Counted from the stretch's first letter, positions 9,430 through 18,964 are shown. The stretch is DNA of 64,000 nucleotides from Bacteroides sp. (GCA_036351255.1 JAZBOS010000021.1:20053-84052); one strand, 5' to 3'. Numbers and translations: made by a program. The notes: generated from the letters alone by a model not told the origin.

Positions 9430-11856
9430 CTAAGAAACGGATTTTTTCGGAAATATTTTTAATTGCAGCGAAAAAGCTAAGGCTGCAAAAAAGTAAGCCA
9501 GGCCGGCAGCCATGAGGACTATCTGGAATCCTTTTTCAACAGCAATGAGGGTTGCCAGCGAAGTGCTGATAACGGAGAGACAAGCATTGATGCCCCAGGC
9601 CCAGGCAATCTGGCTTTCTCCTTTCTTGCTCAGAAGCCGGATGCCCAATGGGAAAAGCATTCCCATGAAAAAGGAAGGGGTTCCAATGGCCATCACGCTG
9701 ATTAATGCTTTCCAGGGCATTGCCAGAGACAGGGTTGAACGTATTAATGGCGTAAGCCCAAAGCCAACCATAAGCAACAAGGCTGATATCAATAAGGCCA
9801 GCCTTCGGATGAGGCTAATGCTGGCTTGCCTTTTCTGTGACAGCAGGCTTCCCAGACCGCTGAAAAGCATCATGGTGCTGATTACGGCGGTTACCGCAAA
9901 TACTGGCTCTCCAAGATAAAGTACAAATCGCTGAATCAGGATAATCTCAGCGAACATATACCCGATCCCCAGGGCACCAAAATATACCAGGGTCGCGGTT
10001 TTTCCTGAGGTAGCTTTTTTCAGGGCAAGCAAAGGCAGAACGATCAGAATCACCGAAAGGATAATGCTCTGCAGCAATGTTACCAGGAGGGTCAGGTATC
10101 CCAGTTCAAGAAAGGGTATCTGCACCCATCCAAACACCCCGGCAATGTGTTTCAGGCTTTTCAACCTCAGAAACTGGGAAAAATAAGGTTGGTCGTCAGT
10201 TGAAGGCTCAATGGCAAATCCGTAATTTGGCAGGGCTTTAAAATCACCCTCAACGATTTTGTCCAGATTTTCAAAATACTGAATGTCCTCCAAAAGGTTG
10301 TATTGCTGCCGTTCTTCTTCTCTGAGGTCTGGCAGCAAAAGTGGGTCAAAAAACATTTCCTGGCAGAATGCCCTGATGTTCTCACGCTCACCTGCATTGA
10401 TGATACCCTGTTTCAATACGAAAGTGGTGGAGCCCCACGACCGTATGGCTGCCAAATGATCCCGGGGATTCTCTACACCTGTTGCTATGGCTGCCTGGGC
10501 GAGGGTGGCAGGGATTTTCAGGCTGGTACGGGGCGGATAATCCTGCCAGGTAGACACGGCCAGCATCCCGTCCGGTTTTAAGTGCTCCAGCATTTCAATA
10601 AAGGCCTCCTGAGTATAGCTGTATTCCTCGCGCAAGGCATTTACCCCTGAGGTTCCGCCAAATCCCTCAAAAAGAGGAAGAACGATTAAGTCATAATCTG
10701 GTGTGCTTTCCCTGGTTAGGAAAGCCCTTGACTGCATGCGATAGATCTCGACTTCGGGTAAATGAAACAAATTACCGGATTCTTCCCTGAGTTCACCCTT
10801 CATCAATTTTGTCACTGCATGATTCTCAATGACCGCATCCACCTGTTGGGCTCCATTTGAAAGGGCATGGGAAATAACGACTCCTGTGCCGGCATTGATA
10901 CAGAGCACCCTCTCCTTCTTTCCGTTAAGATAGGGAAGCATTTGGGTGGTATAGTCAAGAATATGATCAGTTCGGGACACTTCATAAGGTATTACCGGTC
11001 CATAATAGTTCCCGTTCACAAATACGGAATGCCCCCCGGGGATTTCTTTTCCATATTTAAGACTAACCGCAGGAGCATATCGCTGGGCAGATGAATGAAC
11101 AACTTCCACTAGCCCGTAAATGGATGGCTTGCTCAGACTTACCTCTGCTTCCGGCAAATGGAGTGTTTTGGCAAGGGCTTTATATTCTGATATTTGAGGT
11201 TCAGCAGGCTGTGTCCAAACTGTCAGCAAAAGCCCAATGAGAGCTATGGGTATTGAAAACAACCTCCCCATCCGCCCCGCAAGAATTGCACCTGAAACCA
11301 ATGACAGCAAACCGATCAGTAATGGACCCTTGGTGGGGAAGAAATAGTTCATGATCACCAGGGCCAGAATGCCGCCCAGGGAGGAACCAAGCAGGTTTGA
11401 AAAATAAAAGTTTCCGATCCGGCTGCTTTTCTGAATAAAAATGATGCCAATTGCCAGCGACCCGGAAAAGAAGGGGAGGAAAAACCAGAGATAAGTAAGT
11501 AGCAGGTTCAGCCAGCCTCCTCCGCCCGAAAACAAAAGGAATACATCAAAGCGAAGGATCTCTCCACGACTTAATGGAAACACCAGCATCATCAGGATGC
11601 CGCTTAGGGCCATCGATGAAGGTACAATCCATTTTGCATGACGAAGGATTCTTTTGCGGGTCAGTGACAATAAGGTCCCGCTGGCCCCAAAACCCAGCAT
11701 GGCAATGGAAATGACCATATAGGCAAAATGATGCCACTGAACGATAGAGATCAATTGCATAAGCGACAACTGAAAAGCAATGATGGCTGCTGAGTGAAGC
11801 CCAAGGCTTATCAACAACCATTTTTCATTGCTTGGGAATGGGTTGCCGGCTTGCAT
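9430..11856 (-). CDS. Fused MFS-like membrane domain / spermidine-synthase-like (class I MTase fold) protein with additional C-terminal TM bundle
   Basis: 808 aa. About 7 N-terminal TM helices, then a central soluble domain with a nucleotide-binding-like VLCINAGTGVVISHAL block, then a second block of about 6-7 TM helices. The ATG directly abuts the pcm stop codon (TAAATG). Confidence 0.5.
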   Translation of the reverse strand: MQAGNPFPSNEKWLLISLGLHSAAIIAFQLSLMQLISIVQWHHFAYMVISIAMLGFGASGTLLSLTRKRILRHAKWIVPSSMALSGILMMLVFPLSRGEILRFDVFLLFSGGGGWLNLLLTYLWFFLPFFSGSLAIGIIFIQKSSRIGNFYFSNLLGSSLGGILALVIMNYFFPTKGPLLIGLLSLVSGAILAGRMGRLFSIPIALIGLLLTVWTQPAEPQISEYKALAKTLHLPEAEVSLSKPSIYGLVEVVHSSAQRYAPAVSLKYGKEIPGGHSVFVNGNYYGPVIPYEVSRTDHILDYTTQMLPYLNGKKERVLCINAGTGVVISHALSNGAQQVDAVIENHAVTKLMKGELREESGNLFHLPEVEIYRMQSRAFLTRESTPDYDLIVLPLFEGFGGTSGVNALREEYSYTQEAFIEMLEHLKPDGMLAVSTWQDYPPRTSLKIPATLAQAAIATGVENPRDHLAAIRSWGSTTFVLKQGIINAGERENIRAFCQEMFFDPLLLPDLREEERQQYNLLEDIQYFENLDKIVEGDFKALPNYGFAIEPSTDDQPYFSQFLRLKSLKHIAGVFGWVQIPFLELGYLTLLVTLLQSIILSVILIVLPLLALKKATSGKTATLVYFGALGIGYMFAEIILIQRFVLYLGEPVFAVTAVISTMMLFSGLGSLLSQKRQASISLIRRLALLISALLLMVGFGLTPLIRSTLSLAMPWKALISVMAIGTPSFFMGMLFPLGIRLLSKKGESQIAWAWGINACLSVISTSLATLIAVEKGFQIVLMAAGLAYFFAALAFSLQLKIFPKKSVS

Positions 11857-12558
11857 TTATTCACTCCTTCTGAAGGGTACAAAACGCACCGGCATAAGGC
11901 TTCTGGTGGTGTATCCCCGTTTTTTCTTTTCGATAAGCATTAATTGCTGGGTCAAATAAGGTGAGCCCACAGGGATGACCATTTTTCCTCCATCCTTCAA
12001 CTGCTCAATGAGAGGCGGAGGGATGGTTCCGGAAGCAGCCGTAACAACGATTGCATCAAAAGGACCGTTGTCTTCCCATCCGAAATATCCATCGGCAATC
12101 TTGATGCTGACATTGTTGTATAACTCATTCAAAAGCCGCCCAGCTGACTTGCCCAACTCAGGAATGATCTCAATGGTATACACTTGCTCGACCATTTCGG
12201 CCAGTATCGCAGCCTGGTAACCCGAACCTGTTCCAATTTCAAGTACTTTGAAATGGTGTTGGGGGTCAATGATCTGGGTCATATACCCCACCATGAAGGG
12301 TTGGGAAATCGTTTGTCCGTATCCAATGGGCAGGGGCCTGTCGGCATAGGCATTTGGTCGCTGATCGGCAGGGACAAAAAGGTGGCGAGGAACACGTTCC
12401 ATAGCCTCAAGGGTGCCCCTATGACGGATACCCCTGCCTTTAATCTGTGCTTCAACCATTTGCATGCGGGCTATTGCATAAGGATCCTGGCTTCTCTGGA
12501 AAGAAACCGACACCAGCATGGTCAAAAAGACAAACAAAAAGATTTTTCTCCTGTACAT
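11857..12558 (-). CDS. pcm: Protein-L-isoaspartate O-methyltransferase with N-terminal signal/anchor sequence
   Basis: 233 aa. Has the SAM motif VLEIGTGSGYQAAILAE and typical Pcm blocks (ISQPFMVGYM). It also carries an unusual hydrophobic N-terminus, MYRRKIFLFVFLTMLVSVSF. Confidence 0.8.
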   Translation of the reverse strand: MYRRKIFLFVFLTMLVSVSFQRSQDPYAIARMQMVEAQIKGRGIRHRGTLEAMERVPRHLFVPADQRPNAYADRPLPIGYGQTISQPFMVGYMTQIIDPQHHFKVLEIGTGSGYQAAILAEMVEQVYTIEIIPELGKSAGRLLNELYNNVSIKIADGYFGWEDNGPFDAIVVTAASGTIPPPLIEQLKDGGKMVIPVGSPYLTQQLMLIEKKKRGYTTRSLMPVRFVPFRRSE

Positions 12559-12588
12559 AGCTTAGCCCCTGTTTTTGTGCAGATAACA

Positions 12589-12596
12589 CAAATTTA
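12589..12596 (-). promoter_or_regulatory. Bacteroidota-type -7 promoter box (TAAATTTG on minus strand) for pcm operon
   Basis: The reverse complement of caaattta is TAAATTTG, 30 nt upstream of ATG 12558. Confidence 0.4.
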
Positions 12597-12802
12597 TTCA
12601 TTTAAAAACCAAAATCCAAGGACGGGAGTAGTTGCTTATCATAGCCCTTACCAGGCAAGATTTTTACCAGGGCATTTTATCAGTCAAAAACTTTTTGAAA
12701 ATTGCCAAAATAATCGGATGTTTGATGTGCCTTTGCAAAGCATTCAACCAAACATACCTAATCCTTGTTATATTTTAAGAAAACCAGAAAAACAAATTTA
12801 CC

Positions 12803-15190
12803 ATGATGATCTCCCGTCGTTTTTTGATTTTATTCAGCCTGTTGTTCATTTTTTTTCAGGGCTTTTCCCAGGTAAGCACCCGCACAAGAAGTGTGCTTGA
12901 AAATCTCCAGAGATATACCCTGGAATATCCACAGCAAAAGGTCTTCCTGCATCTTGATCGCAAGGAATATGTTGCGGGTGAGAACATCTGGTTCAAAGCC
13001 TATTTGGTCCAGGCTGGTTCTCACATCCCTGATTCTTCGAGCACCAGCCTGAATGTTGAACTGTTTAATGTGAACGGTCAGGCTGTTGCCTTGCACCTGG
13101 TGAGGATGCAGGACGGTTTGGGGTATGGGCAAATCTCCCTCCCCGATTCCTTGCCTGAAGGCAATTATAAACTCAGATCCTACACCAATTGGATGCAGAA
13201 CTTCCCGGAGTTATTATTTTTTGAGCAAGATATTTTTGTTCATAATCCAATGGAGCAAAATTTCATCCGGCGTGCAGACATCCGGCGAAACCGCAATTTC
13301 AATGAAGAACTGGAAGAAAAAAAGGAGGAAGTGCAACTTGGTTTGTTTCCTGAAGGGGGACAATTTGTTGCCGGCGTTGAAAACCGGGTAGCTTTCTTTG
13401 CTGCCGATGGGACAGGCTCTCCCTTGCAAGCCACGGGGAAAGTGATGGATGCGGATGGACAAATTTTGGGTTCCTTCAAAACCAATGAATTAGGAATGGG
13501 TTTGTTTGCGCTTAGCCCCCTAAACGGACAAACTTACAAGGTAGAGTTGGAGGTACCTGGCAAAGGCGTAAAAATGTTTTCTTTTCCCGAAGTGGTTCAG
13601 CAGGCTTATGCCCTAAGGGTTGATGCCGATGCTGAAGAGGTCTCGGTTCAAGTCCGGGCAGGATTTGACCCAGCGACCTTCAATTTGCCTGCCGACGTTT
13701 TTATCATTGCACAATCTGGCGGGAAAGCCCATTTTATTGAAGAAGGCAAATTACTTGACGGACAATTCAGCACAACCTTCTCAACCAGTCGCTTGCCCAC
13801 AGGAGTAACCCAGATTACAGCTTTTGATGCAGTGGCTACCCCTGTGGCCGAACGCTTAATTTTTGTGGATCACAACGACCATTTGCAACCTGATCTTGAC
13901 CTGAACAGGGTTCGGGTGGGTAACGAAAATGGCCTCCAGGTTGATTTTAGACTGGATTTTGTTGAAGGTAGCGGGGAATGGGCTCACCTGTCCCTGGCAG
14001 TGGAAGGCTCAGAAAATCCCTTTTATGTGCCTGCCCCCAATATCCTTACCGAGTTATTGCTTAGAAATGACCTATCCATCAACCTTCCCAACCTTCAGGC
14101 ATTATTCCCGGGTCAGGGCAATTCAGCTGAAAAGCTTGACCTGATTATGATGACACACGGATGGCGCCGTTTTCATTGGAAGGATATTCTGAGTGGTGAA
14201 TTTGCCCAACCGCAATACACCAAACCACAGGGACAGGTTCTGTCTGGCCAGTTGACATCTATGAATACCGACCAGATTCCCTCCGCGGTACTCCTTGAGA
14301 TTGCCATTGTGCAGGAAGGCCGTGATGTTTATTCAACGCAAACCGACGAAAAAGGGTTCTTTAAGTTGGAAGGCCTGGATTACAATGGTTATTATACAGC
14401 TGAATTCAGGCTGCCCAATGAAAGTCGCCCCCGGGGCTTCAGGCTAAGGGTGGATGGAACTGAAACGGCTACCCGTACTTTCTCTATGAATTCCTTTACC
14501 CGACCCGTATCGGTACTGCAGCGAGGCGAAAACTGGGAAAGGGTTTCCAATCCCAATGTGTTTGCCGTGGCTTCCAAAGCCAGGGAAATTGCCCAGGAAA
14601 CTCAAAGCATTTATGGAACCCCCGACCAGACTATATACATGGATGACGTTTCTGTGAACTACTCTAATGTGCTTGAAGTCTTCAGGGGAAAGGCAACGGG
14701 AGTCACTTTTGTTGGCAACCAGATCAGAATTAGGGGTGAAGGAAGCATTAATTCAAGCAATGAACCTCTTTTCATGATGGACGGTGTGGTGGTCACCCCT
14801 GAGGTATTGTTGAATTTGAGGCCCACTGAACTAGACCGTATTGAGATCCTCAAAGGCCCCAGTACAGCCATCTTTGGAGCCCGTGGTGCTAATGGCGTCA
14901 TCATTGCCTATTCCAGAAGAGGCGCAACCCAAGGCCCCCAGTTTCAGTACAACCTGCTTGGGTTTGCCACGCCCAGAGAGTTCTTTAATTCACGCATCCA
15001 TCTTGATTACAAAAAAGAAAGGGGTATTACGCACACACTTTTTTGGGAGCCTGGAATCATGCCTGATGAACGAGGTCGTTTCGGAATGGGCTTTCCAATC
15101 AGGGAACAATGGAAACATGCCAGGGTTATCGTGCAGGGCATTCATAGTAGTGGGAAACTGATCTGGTCTGAGGTGAATCTCAATTATTAA
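12803..15190 (+). CDS. Secreted MG2 (alpha-2-macroglobulin-like)/Ig-like repeat protein with C-terminal TonB-dependent-receptor plug domain, no beta-barrel
   Basis: 795 aa with a signal peptide (MMISRRFLILFSLLFIFFQGFSQ). An MG2-like block (KVFLHLDRKEYVAGENIWFKAYLV...GNYKLRSYTNWM) is followed by a plug-like block (GVTFVGNQIRIRGEGSINSSNEPLFMMDGVVV...IEILKGPSTAIFGARGANGVII). Only about 100 aa follow the plug. Confidence 0.6.
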   Translation: MMISRRFLILFSLLFIFFQGFSQVSTRTRSVLENLQRYTLEYPQQKVFLHLDRKEYVAGENIWFKAYLVQAGSHIPDSSSTSLNVELFNVNGQAVALHLVRMQDGLGYGQISLPDSLPEGNYKLRSYTNWMQNFPELLFFEQDIFVHNPMEQNFIRRADIRRNRNFNEELEEKKEEVQLGLFPEGGQFVAGVENRVAFFAADGTGSPLQATGKVMDADGQILGSFKTNELGMGLFALSPLNGQTYKVELEVPGKGVKMFSFPEVVQQAYALRVDADAEEVSVQVRAGFDPATFNLPADVFIIAQSGGKAHFIEEGKLLDGQFSTTFSTSRLPTGVTQITAFDAVATPVAERLIFVDHNDHLQPDLDLNRVRVGNENGLQVDFRLDFVEGSGEWAHLSLAVEGSENPFYVPAPNILTELLLRNDLSINLPNLQALFPGQGNSAEKLDLIMMTHGWRRFHWKDILSGEFAQPQYTKPQGQVLSGQLTSMNTDQIPSAVLLEIAIVQEGRDVYSTQTDEKGFFKLEGLDYNGYYTAEFRLPNESRPRGFRLRVDGTETATRTFSMNSFTRPVSVLQRGENWERVSNPNVFAVASKAREIAQETQSIYGTPDQTIYMDDVSVNYSNVLEVFRGKATGVTFVGNQIRIRGEGSINSSNEPLFMMDGVVVTPEVLLNLRPTELDRIEILKGPSTAIFGARGANGVIIAYSRRGATQGPQFQYNLLGFATPREFFNSRIHLDYKKERGITHTLFWEPGIMPDERGRFGMGFPIREQWKHARVIVQGIHSSGKLIWSEVNLNY

Positions 15191-15422
15191 TTCCACCCCA
15201 GAAAACCCGAAGGTTCTTATCACTGGTTTCTTCATTTGATTAGTTGTTATTGTTGGCTTTTGACTATAATTATTTAAATAGTCAGGCTGGATGCCCTTTT
15301 TTTCAGGGGCCGAGGTTAACGAATCTTTTAAAAATGGTTTAAATTTCGTAACTTAAACGCATATTTCGTGATAGGGGGGCGAGAAGGGAAAATTCATTAA
15401 CATAAATGCAGGAGGAATTACC

Positions 15423-17837
15423 ATGCGATCGTTAATATACTTAATCAACCTTGCCGTTTTAACAGGATTGTTTTTGCCGCAGCAGGCCATGGCTGAAGGG
15501 CCCTTAATCCCTTCTGGTTATGAAGCCTACACCCCATATCAGGTTATCAATGGTTTTTATGAGTCATTTCCTCAGCAGAAGGCTTACATCGACACCGATA
15601 AAACGAACTACCTGGCCGGGGAGGTCGTTTGGTTGAAGGCCTATGTTGTTTCGGCCAAAACCCATGTGCCCGATACTTCAACCACCAATCTTTTCGTTGA
15701 GTTGATCAGTGCCCGCAATGAGGTCGTTGATTTTATGATACTCCGCTTGAATAATGGCTTTTCAAGTGGTTATATCCAATTGCCCGATTCCCTGAAGGGT
15801 GGGAGTTACCAGTTGAAAGCATACACCAATTGGATGAATAATTTTGATAAGGATTTTATTTTTCTCAGGGAGATTTATGTTCATAATCCTGATGAACCCA
15901 ATTATATCACCAGGGCTGAGATCCGTCAGAACACCCGTTTCAACGCTGACCTTGAAGAAAAAAAGGAACACATGCAGTTTGCCTTTTTCCCCGAAGGAGG
16001 CAACCTGGTGGCCGGACTTGAAAACCGCCTGGCTTTTAAAGCCGCAGATGCCCTGGGGGCAGGGCAGGAGGCCAAAGGTACCCTGCTTGACGATCAGGGC
16101 AGGAAGGTGCTTGAGTTTGTCACAGACCACGATGGCATGGGGGCTTTCACTTTTACCCCCAATGCAGCTCTATCATATACGGCCCAGGTTGAGTTTGGTA
16201 ATGGGCAAACGCTTTTCTCACCCTTACCAGCAGCATTAACCCAGGGCTACTTGTTGCGTGTCGATTCTGACCCTGGGAATATTCAGATTCAGGTGAATGC
16301 AAATTTTGATCCAAATAGTCTGAATATGTCCTCCGAGCTTCTGCTACTTGGACATACCCGTGGGCAAGTTTGCTATATGGGAAAGGCGGATCCCAAAAAC
16401 GGAAGCTTCCAGACGGTAGTTCCCGCAGAACGTTTTCCTGAAGGCATTGCTCACTTTACCCTCTTTGACCCCAACGATACCCCCGTGGCCGAAAGGCTTG
16501 TATTCGTCAGGAGATCCCTGGATTCGGAAGATACTCCTGAAGTCGATTACGAGCTCAGTTCGGGTGACAGTCTTGTCGTTGTAGATTTGCTGTTTGACAC
16601 TGCAAGCGACCTTTCCCCATCCGAGGCCAGCTATTCGTTATCGGTAGTTGAAAAGTTTGGATCCCTTCCTGAAAATGGGCAGAATATTGCTACCTATCTG
16701 TTGCTTTCAAGTGACTTTGGTTCCACCCTTTCCGATCCCTGGTATTATTTTGCAGAAGATACCCCCGAAAGGAGGCAGGATCTTGATTTGCTGATGCTGA
16801 CACACGGCTGGAGAAGGTTTGTTTGGAAAGACCTCCTGGATGGTAAAAAACCCGAGATACTTTTTAAAGAATTGCATGGCCTTACCCTGGCTGGACAGGT
16901 TAAACCAGTTTCCTCCGCCAGAGAAACAGGTGAACTCAACGTGGAAGTTTCAGTGGGATACACCGACGACCGTAAAACCCTCAGAACGAAAACGGACAAC
17001 CAGGGATTTTTTGCCTTTACCGGTCTGAATTATGAGGGAGACTTTTCGGCGCTTCTCTCTGTGGAACGAGACCGTAGGGGCCGTATTTACAAAGTAAATC
17101 TTTTCGGGAGTACCCGTGAAACCACATCCTATGTGAAAGGGCCCGGCACCCGGCCTTACGAAACCCTTGAAAGAGGCCCTGATTGGGAACGCCGTGATCG
17201 CCCTGGATTCTTCAGCCGTCTTTTCAACCGCCCAAGCACCGGTGAAGAAATGAGCAGTCCCAGTATGTTTGGGGCGCCCGATCAGGTGATTTACATGGAA
17301 GACCTCAACGTAAATTATACCAATGTTTTCGATATCATTCGTGACCGGGTGACAGGCCTGAGGGTTATCAATGGGGAAATCACCCTGAGGGGCCCTTCCA
17401 GCATCAGGCTGAGTAATGAACCTATATTCTTTGTTGATGAGGTCCAGGTCAACGCCAATAGCTTCCTTTCCATTTCTGTTTCTGAAATTGAAAGAATCGA
17501 AGTGCTTCGTGGACCCAGCACGGCTATACTCGGCAGCCGGGGAGCCAATGGCGCCCTTTTAATCTACACCCGCAGGGCTGAACATCAGCACCAATTCTCC
17601 TATGAATACCAACTTAGGGGATATCACGTTACCCGCGATTTCTTTATTTCCAGGATTTCTACCAGCAAATACTTCGATCAGGAAGTCCCCCGTACGATTT
17701 TATGGGTGCCCAACCTGGTCCCTGATTCTTACGGACGTGTCAGGGTAAGGATACCTTATTCTGAGGATCCTGATAAATTGCATTTTAGGCTTGAGGGGGT
17801 GGATCGTCTTGGGCAAATCAATTTTCTGCAATTCTGA
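15423..17837 (+). CDS. Paralog of 12803-15190: MG2-like repeat protein with C-terminal plug domain, no barrel
   Basis: 804 aa with a signal peptide and the same block order (QKAYIDTDKTNYLAGEVVWLKAYVV..., HGWRRFVWKDLL, GLRVINGEITLRGPSSIRLSNEPIFFVDEVQV...IEVLRGPSTAILGSRGANGALLI). Collinear with the upstream paralog. By eye, roughly half of the positions in the aligned blocks are identical. Confidence 0.6.
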   Translation: MRSLIYLINLAVLTGLFLPQQAMAEGPLIPSGYEAYTPYQVINGFYESFPQQKAYIDTDKTNYLAGEVVWLKAYVVSAKTHVPDTSTTNLFVELISARNEVVDFMILRLNNGFSSGYIQLPDSLKGGSYQLKAYTNWMNNFDKDFIFLREIYVHNPDEPNYITRAEIRQNTRFNADLEEKKEHMQFAFFPEGGNLVAGLENRLAFKAADALGAGQEAKGTLLDDQGRKVLEFVTDHDGMGAFTFTPNAALSYTAQVEFGNGQTLFSPLPAALTQGYLLRVDSDPGNIQIQVNANFDPNSLNMSSELLLLGHTRGQVCYMGKADPKNGSFQTVVPAERFPEGIAHFTLFDPNDTPVAERLVFVRRSLDSEDTPEVDYELSSGDSLVVVDLLFDTASDLSPSEASYSLSVVEKFGSLPENGQNIATYLLLSSDFGSTLSDPWYYFAEDTPERRQDLDLLMLTHGWRRFVWKDLLDGKKPEILFKELHGLTLAGQVKPVSSARETGELNVEVSVGYTDDRKTLRTKTDNQGFFAFTGLNYEGDFSALLSVERDRRGRIYKVNLFGSTRETTSYVKGPGTRPYETLERGPDWERRDRPGFFSRLFNRPSTGEEMSSPSMFGAPDQVIYMEDLNVNYTNVFDIIRDRVTGLRVINGEITLRGPSSIRLSNEPIFFVDEVQVNANSFLSISVSEIERIEVLRGPSTAILGSRGANGALLIYTRRAEHQHQFSYEYQLRGYHVTRDFFISRISTSKYFDQEVPRTILWVPNLVPDSYGRVRVRIPYSEDPDKLHFRLEGVDRLGQINFLQF

Positions 17838-17841
17838 CCGC

Positions 17842-18924
17842 TCAGGAAAGATTCAGAAGAAACTCCATGGTGTCAATACCGTCGGCATAATCCCCAAGCC
17901 CAGGGTTTTGGCTGTTTCCAAAAGGCACCCGAACTGTGCCTTTTGTGTTTGGCCTGCCAACAATGCATTGGATATTTTCCCTCTCCCTTTCAAGGTGTTG
18001 TTCTAGTAATTCCTCTGAAGGATAGTGTTCATAATGGACCACGGAAACAGGAGAGGCCAGGGCCGCATCTTGTCTGAGCAGGCAAAACCCCATATCAAGA
18101 AACGGGGTTCGGTTTACCAGGTGGATGGCCTTGAAATATTCATAGTTGTTAAAATATTTGTGATGATCGGAAATGACTCTCCAATCCGACCAGGCTTCTT
18201 CCAGCTGGCTGATGTCAAAGCCTTCAGTGACCATCAGCTTGGAAACATTTCGGCAACCCAACCCAAAAAATGAGAACACATCTTCACCCAGCAGTTTCAA
18301 CTCCTCGGGGCTTTCGTTCCCATTGAGCACAGCCAGCGAATTTCGGTTCCTGCGGATGATATGGGGGTGCTTGCCAAAATAATGATCAAAGTAGCGGGCG
18401 CTGTTGTTGCTGCCTGTAGCGATCACCGCATCGAAACCGCTGATGGGATTTTCTGAAAAGCGAATTCGTTCGAGAAATAAGGGTTCGATCTCCGTTAGCA
18501 ACTCACCGACAGCCAAGGGGAGTTTTGGGTCCTGCGAGGATAATTTGCCCAGGAATTGGTTTCCCGCCATTAATACGCAAAGAAAATCGTGAAATCCCAC
18601 CAAGGGTATGTTTCCTGCCATGATCACGGCCACTTGGCGCCTGGTCAAAGGTTCTGCTGATGCCAGGGCAGGGTAGGTTCCGATCCACTGTTCAAGTTTG
18701 CCCTGGTCAAGCATCTCTGCAAGGGCAGAAAACGATCGGATGACATTATCCCGGCTAAACCAGGGGTTATGATTCGGGGTTTCACTGGCCGCCTGAAAAA
18801 GATTTTGAACGGCCTGACGGTTGAATGCCGCTCCCTTATTACGCCCAAGGGCTTCGGAAATGGCCTTTAACTCCTTACCAAGCAAGGTGAAGGCCTGTAT
18901 GCGTCTTTCAAGGGTCAGTTTCAT
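17842..18924 (-). CDS. Acyl-CoA reductase (LuxC-like) family protein
   Basis: 360 aa. The block VAVIMAGNIPLVGFHDFLCVLMAGN resembles LuxC-type acyl-CoA reductases annotated in Bacteroidota. The assignment rests on my recall of the family, not on a search. Confidence 0.5.
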   Translation of the reverse strand: MKLTLERRIQAFTLLGKELKAISEALGRNKGAAFNRQAVQNLFQAASETPNHNPWFSRDNVIRSFSALAEMLDQGKLEQWIGTYPALASAEPLTRRQVAVIMAGNIPLVGFHDFLCVLMAGNQFLGKLSSQDPKLPLAVGELLTEIEPLFLERIRFSENPISGFDAVIATGSNNSARYFDHYFGKHPHIIRRNRNSLAVLNGNESPEELKLLGEDVFSFFGLGCRNVSKLMVTEGFDISQLEEAWSDWRVISDHHKYFNNYEYFKAIHLVNRTPFLDMGFCLLRQDAALASPVSVVHYEHYPSEELLEQHLERERENIQCIVGRPNTKGTVRVPFGNSQNPGLGDYADGIDTMEFLLNLS

Positions 18925-18956
18925 GGTCGTACGTTGAAAAATTGGCTTTGGCTTGT

Positions 18957-18964
18957 TACCTTTG
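18957..18964 (+). promoter_or_regulatory. Bacteroidota-type -7 promoter box (TACCTTTG)
   Basis: TAnnTTTG match followed by C (TTTGC), 54 nt upstream of ATG 19019. Confidence 0.45.

Noticed and set aside
12731-12740. 10-bp palindrome CTTTGCAAAG, also present at 22464-22473, each 60-90 nt upstream of a gene start; possible operator
   Set aside because: There are only two copies of a short AT-rich palindrome. Each contains TTTGC and is more simply read as a degenerate -7 promoter box (TGCCTTTG / GGGCTTTG). That is not enough to propose a regulator site.
12184-12900. 238-aa ORF on the plus strand
   Set aside because: It runs antisense through pcm, across the pcm promoter region and into the next gene. 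Pcm motifs on the opposite strand are unambiguous.
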